The translations under genes were made by a program, and so were the position numbers. Positions 61,789 to 64,000 of a stretch of 64,000 nt of DNA are shown piece by piece. The notes beneath the pieces are model-generated. The model was not told where the DNA came from. It saw only the letters and a list, made by a program, of their open reading frames with translations, and ran no database searches. How positions within the stretch are numbered: the first letter of the stretch is position 1; each line of letters begins with the position of its first letter. The stretch comes from Clostridiales bacterium (GTDB taxonomy: Bacteria; Bacillota; Clostridia; Oscillospirales; Butyricicoccaceae): NCBI GenBank assembly GCA_004555915.1, contig SFJM01000006.1:16483-80482 (forward strand), read 5' to 3'.

Positions 61789-63381
61789 ATGCTTACTGTC
61801 AATCATCTGAGCATCAATTTTGACGGAGAAAATCTGTTCTCCGATGTCAATCTGAAATTTACCGAAGGCAACTGCTATGGTGTCATCGGTGCCAACGGTG
61901 CAGGCAAGTCCACCTTCCTGCGTATGCTGTCCGGCGATCTGGAGCCCTCTACCGGCACCGTAGAGCTGGACCCCAAGCTGCGTATGTCTGTCCTGCGTCA
62001 GGACCACTTTGCCTTTGACAGCTTTACCGTTCTGGATACCATCATTCAGGGCAATCCCCGTCTGTATGAAATCATGCAGGAAAAGGAGGCTCTGTATGCC
62101 AAGGATCCGTTTACGGAAGAGGACGGCAACCGTGCCGCAGAGCTGGAAGCGGAATTTGCTGATCTGGACGGCTGGAATGCAGATACCGAAGCAGGCCGTC
62201 TGCTGCAGGGTCTGGGACTCAAGGCAGATGATATCCTGTACAGCGGTATGAAGTACCGTACTGACGCGGAAAAGGTTAAGATTCTGCTGGCACAGGCCCT
62301 GTTCGGCAAGCCGGATATCATGCTGCTGGACGAGCCGACCAACCATCTGGACATCCATTCCATCAGCTGGCTGGAGGATTTTCTGGCGGAATATGAAGGT
62401 ACCGTCATCGTCGTATCCCATGACCGTCACTTCCTCAACAATGTCTGCACCCATATCGTGGATATCGACTATGGCAAAGTCCGTCTGTATGTCGGTAACT
62501 ATGAATTCTGGTATCAGTCCTCTCAGCTGGTACAGCGCACCCTGAATGACCAGAAGAAAAAGGCAGATGAAAAGATTAAGGAATTACAGGAATTTATCCG
62601 TCGTTTTTCTGCGAATAAATCCAAATCCAAGCAGGCAACCAGCCGTAAAAAGCTGATTGACAAGCTGACCGTTGACGAGCTGCCTGCTTCCTCCCGCCGG
62701 TATCCCTTTGTGGGCTTCCAGATGGACCGTGAACCGGGCAAGGATATTCTGGAGGTCAAGGGCATTTCCAAGACCATTGACGGGGAAAAGATTTTGAACA
62801 ATGTTTCGTTCCGTGTGGCCCGCGGCGATAAGATTGCCTTTGTGGGCAAAACCGAGCAGGCGGCTACCACGCTGTTCCAGATTCTTATGGGTGAAATGGA
62901 GCCGGATGAAGGCACCTTCAAATGGGGTGTTTCCACCAGCCAGTCCTATTTCCCCAAGGATAACTCGGAATTTTTCAACGGCCACACCGAAAGCATGCTG
63001 GACTGGCTTGCGCCCTATTCCCAGACCGATACGCTGGAAACCACCCTGCGTTCCTTCCTGGGCAAGATGCTGTTTTCCGGCAACGATGTTTATAAGCCGG
63101 TGAATGTCCTGTCCGGTGGTGAAAAGGTACGCTGTATGCTGGCACGCATGATGCTGTTCGGCTCCAATGTGCTGGTAGTAGACCAGCCCACCAACCATCT
63201 GGATTTGGAATCCATCACAGCAGTCAACAACGGCCTGATCGACTTCAAGGGCAACGTGCTGTTCGCTTCCCATGACCATGAGTTTACACAGACCATTGCA
63301 AACCGTATCATTGAGATTAATGAAAACGGTGTCTGGGACAAGCAGTGCACCTATGATGAGTATATTGAACTGCGCGGATAA
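61789..63381 (+). CDS. ABC-F family ATPase
   Basis: Two ABC domains, GANGAGKS, LDEPTNHLD, LSGGEK; no TM segments. Confidence 0.93.
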   Translation: MLTVNHLSINFDGENLFSDVNLKFTEGNCYGVIGANGAGKSTFLRMLSGDLEPSTGTVELDPKLRMSVLRQDHFAFDSFTVLDTIIQGNPRLYEIMQEKEALYAKDPFTEEDGNRAAELEAEFADLDGWNADTEAGRLLQGLGLKADDILYSGMKYRTDAEKVKILLAQALFGKPDIMLLDEPTNHLDIHSISWLEDFLAEYEGTVIVVSHDRHFLNNVCTHIVDIDYGKVRLYVGNYEFWYQSSQLVQRTLNDQKKKADEKIKELQEFIRRFSANKSKSKQATSRKKLIDKLTVDELPASSRRYPFVGFQMDREPGKDILEVKGISKTIDGEKILNNVSFRVARGDKIAFVGKTEQAATTLFQILMGEMEPDEGTFKWGVSTSQSYFPKDNSEFFNGHTESMLDWLAPYSQTDTLETTLRSFLGKMLFSGNDVYKPVNVLSGGEKVRCMLARMMLFGSNVLVVDQPTNHLDLESITAVNNGLIDFKGNVLFASHDHEFTQTIANRIIEINENGVWDKQCTYDEYIELRG

Positions 63382-63460
63382 GATGTATAAGCAAAGTCTC
63401 CCTTCACACAGGAGGGAGGCTTTTTTCAAACCATGATGCAAAAAATTGAGGCGTATCAAA

Positions 63461-64000
63461 ATGCATACCAAAACCGTCAAACTCATCACCATCCTCGGCG
63501 TGGTGTCCATGTCCACCTCTGCCATTTTCGGACGCATGATGACAACCCCTGCTATCATCACCGCCATGTACCGCATGCTGGTCACGGCATTGCTGCTGCT
63601 CCCGATGGTACTGCTGAAACACCGGCAGGAGCTGCTGCACATCCGGAAGAAAAACCTGCTGTTATGCCTGCTCTGCGGTGTGATTCTCGGCATTCACTTT
63701 ACCGCCTATATGGAATCCGTCCAATATACCCGCATTGCCTCCAGTACGGTACTGGTGGATACGGAGGTATTATTTGTTGCCCTGGCGCTGCTGTTCCTGT
63801 TTCATGAGAAGATTCCAAAGGCAGGGCTCATCGGCATTGCCGTAACGCTTGCCGGCAGTATCATCATTGCGCTGGGCGATACCAGTGGTGGTTCCAATAT
63901 CCTGTATGGTGACCTGATGGCATTGCTGGGTGCGGTGTGCTCTGCCGCCTATACCCTGATTGGACGCAACCAGCGGCAATACCTGTCCACCACGGTATAC
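63461..64000 (+). CDS. DMT/EamA-family transporter (partial, runs off the window)
   Basis: MHTKTVKLITILGVVSMSTSAIF..AMYR..GDLMALLGA; frame open to the end of the window. Confidence 0.85.
   Translation, partial: MHTKTVKLITILGVVSMSTSAIFGRMMTTPAIITAMYRMLVTALLLLPMVLLKHRQELLHIRKKNLLLCLLCGVILGIHFTAYMESVQYTRIASSTVLVDTEVLFVALALLFLFHEKIPKAGLIGIAVTLAGSIIIALGDTSGGSNILYGDLMALLGAVCSAAYTLIGRNQRQYLSTTVY

Noticed and set aside
63433..63807. 124-aa His-rich ORF from the track
   Set aside because: Wrong frame; the real gene is the DMT transporter starting at 63461, which runs off the window.

Overview
A 64-kb core-chromosome segment from a spore-forming anaerobic clostridial Firmicute, probably Oscillospiraceae/Butyricicoccaceae-like (inferred from gene content and order). 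It holds about 53 CDS, mostly housekeeping: rpsO-pnp, pgm, femX-alr-yaaO-holB-yaaT, serCA, pyrC, a wal(yyc)-murA-walJ-rlmH locus, glgB-C-D-A, cinA, rubrerythrin with an FMN glutamate-synthase-like gene, hbd, iscS/thiI, rpsT, gpr-spoIIP-gerK(ACB), purA and an ABC-F ATPase. I saw no rRNA, tRNA, CRISPR array or intact transposase; an IS3-family remnant sits at the left edge. Four things stand out. (1) A ~255-nt structured non-coding element occurs twice, 49 kb apart, with compensatory stem changes and fixed-length variable loops. (2) The wal locus encodes a WalK-like sensor with no kinase domains and has no walR. (3) Two full-length proteins look like pseudoenzymes: a GlgB lacking its catalytic Asp/Glu and a HydF lacking all Fe-S ligands. 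(4) About ten REP-like two-hairpin repeats and a probable orphan sRNA lie in intergenic DNA. All calls come from reading motifs by eye; no searches were run.
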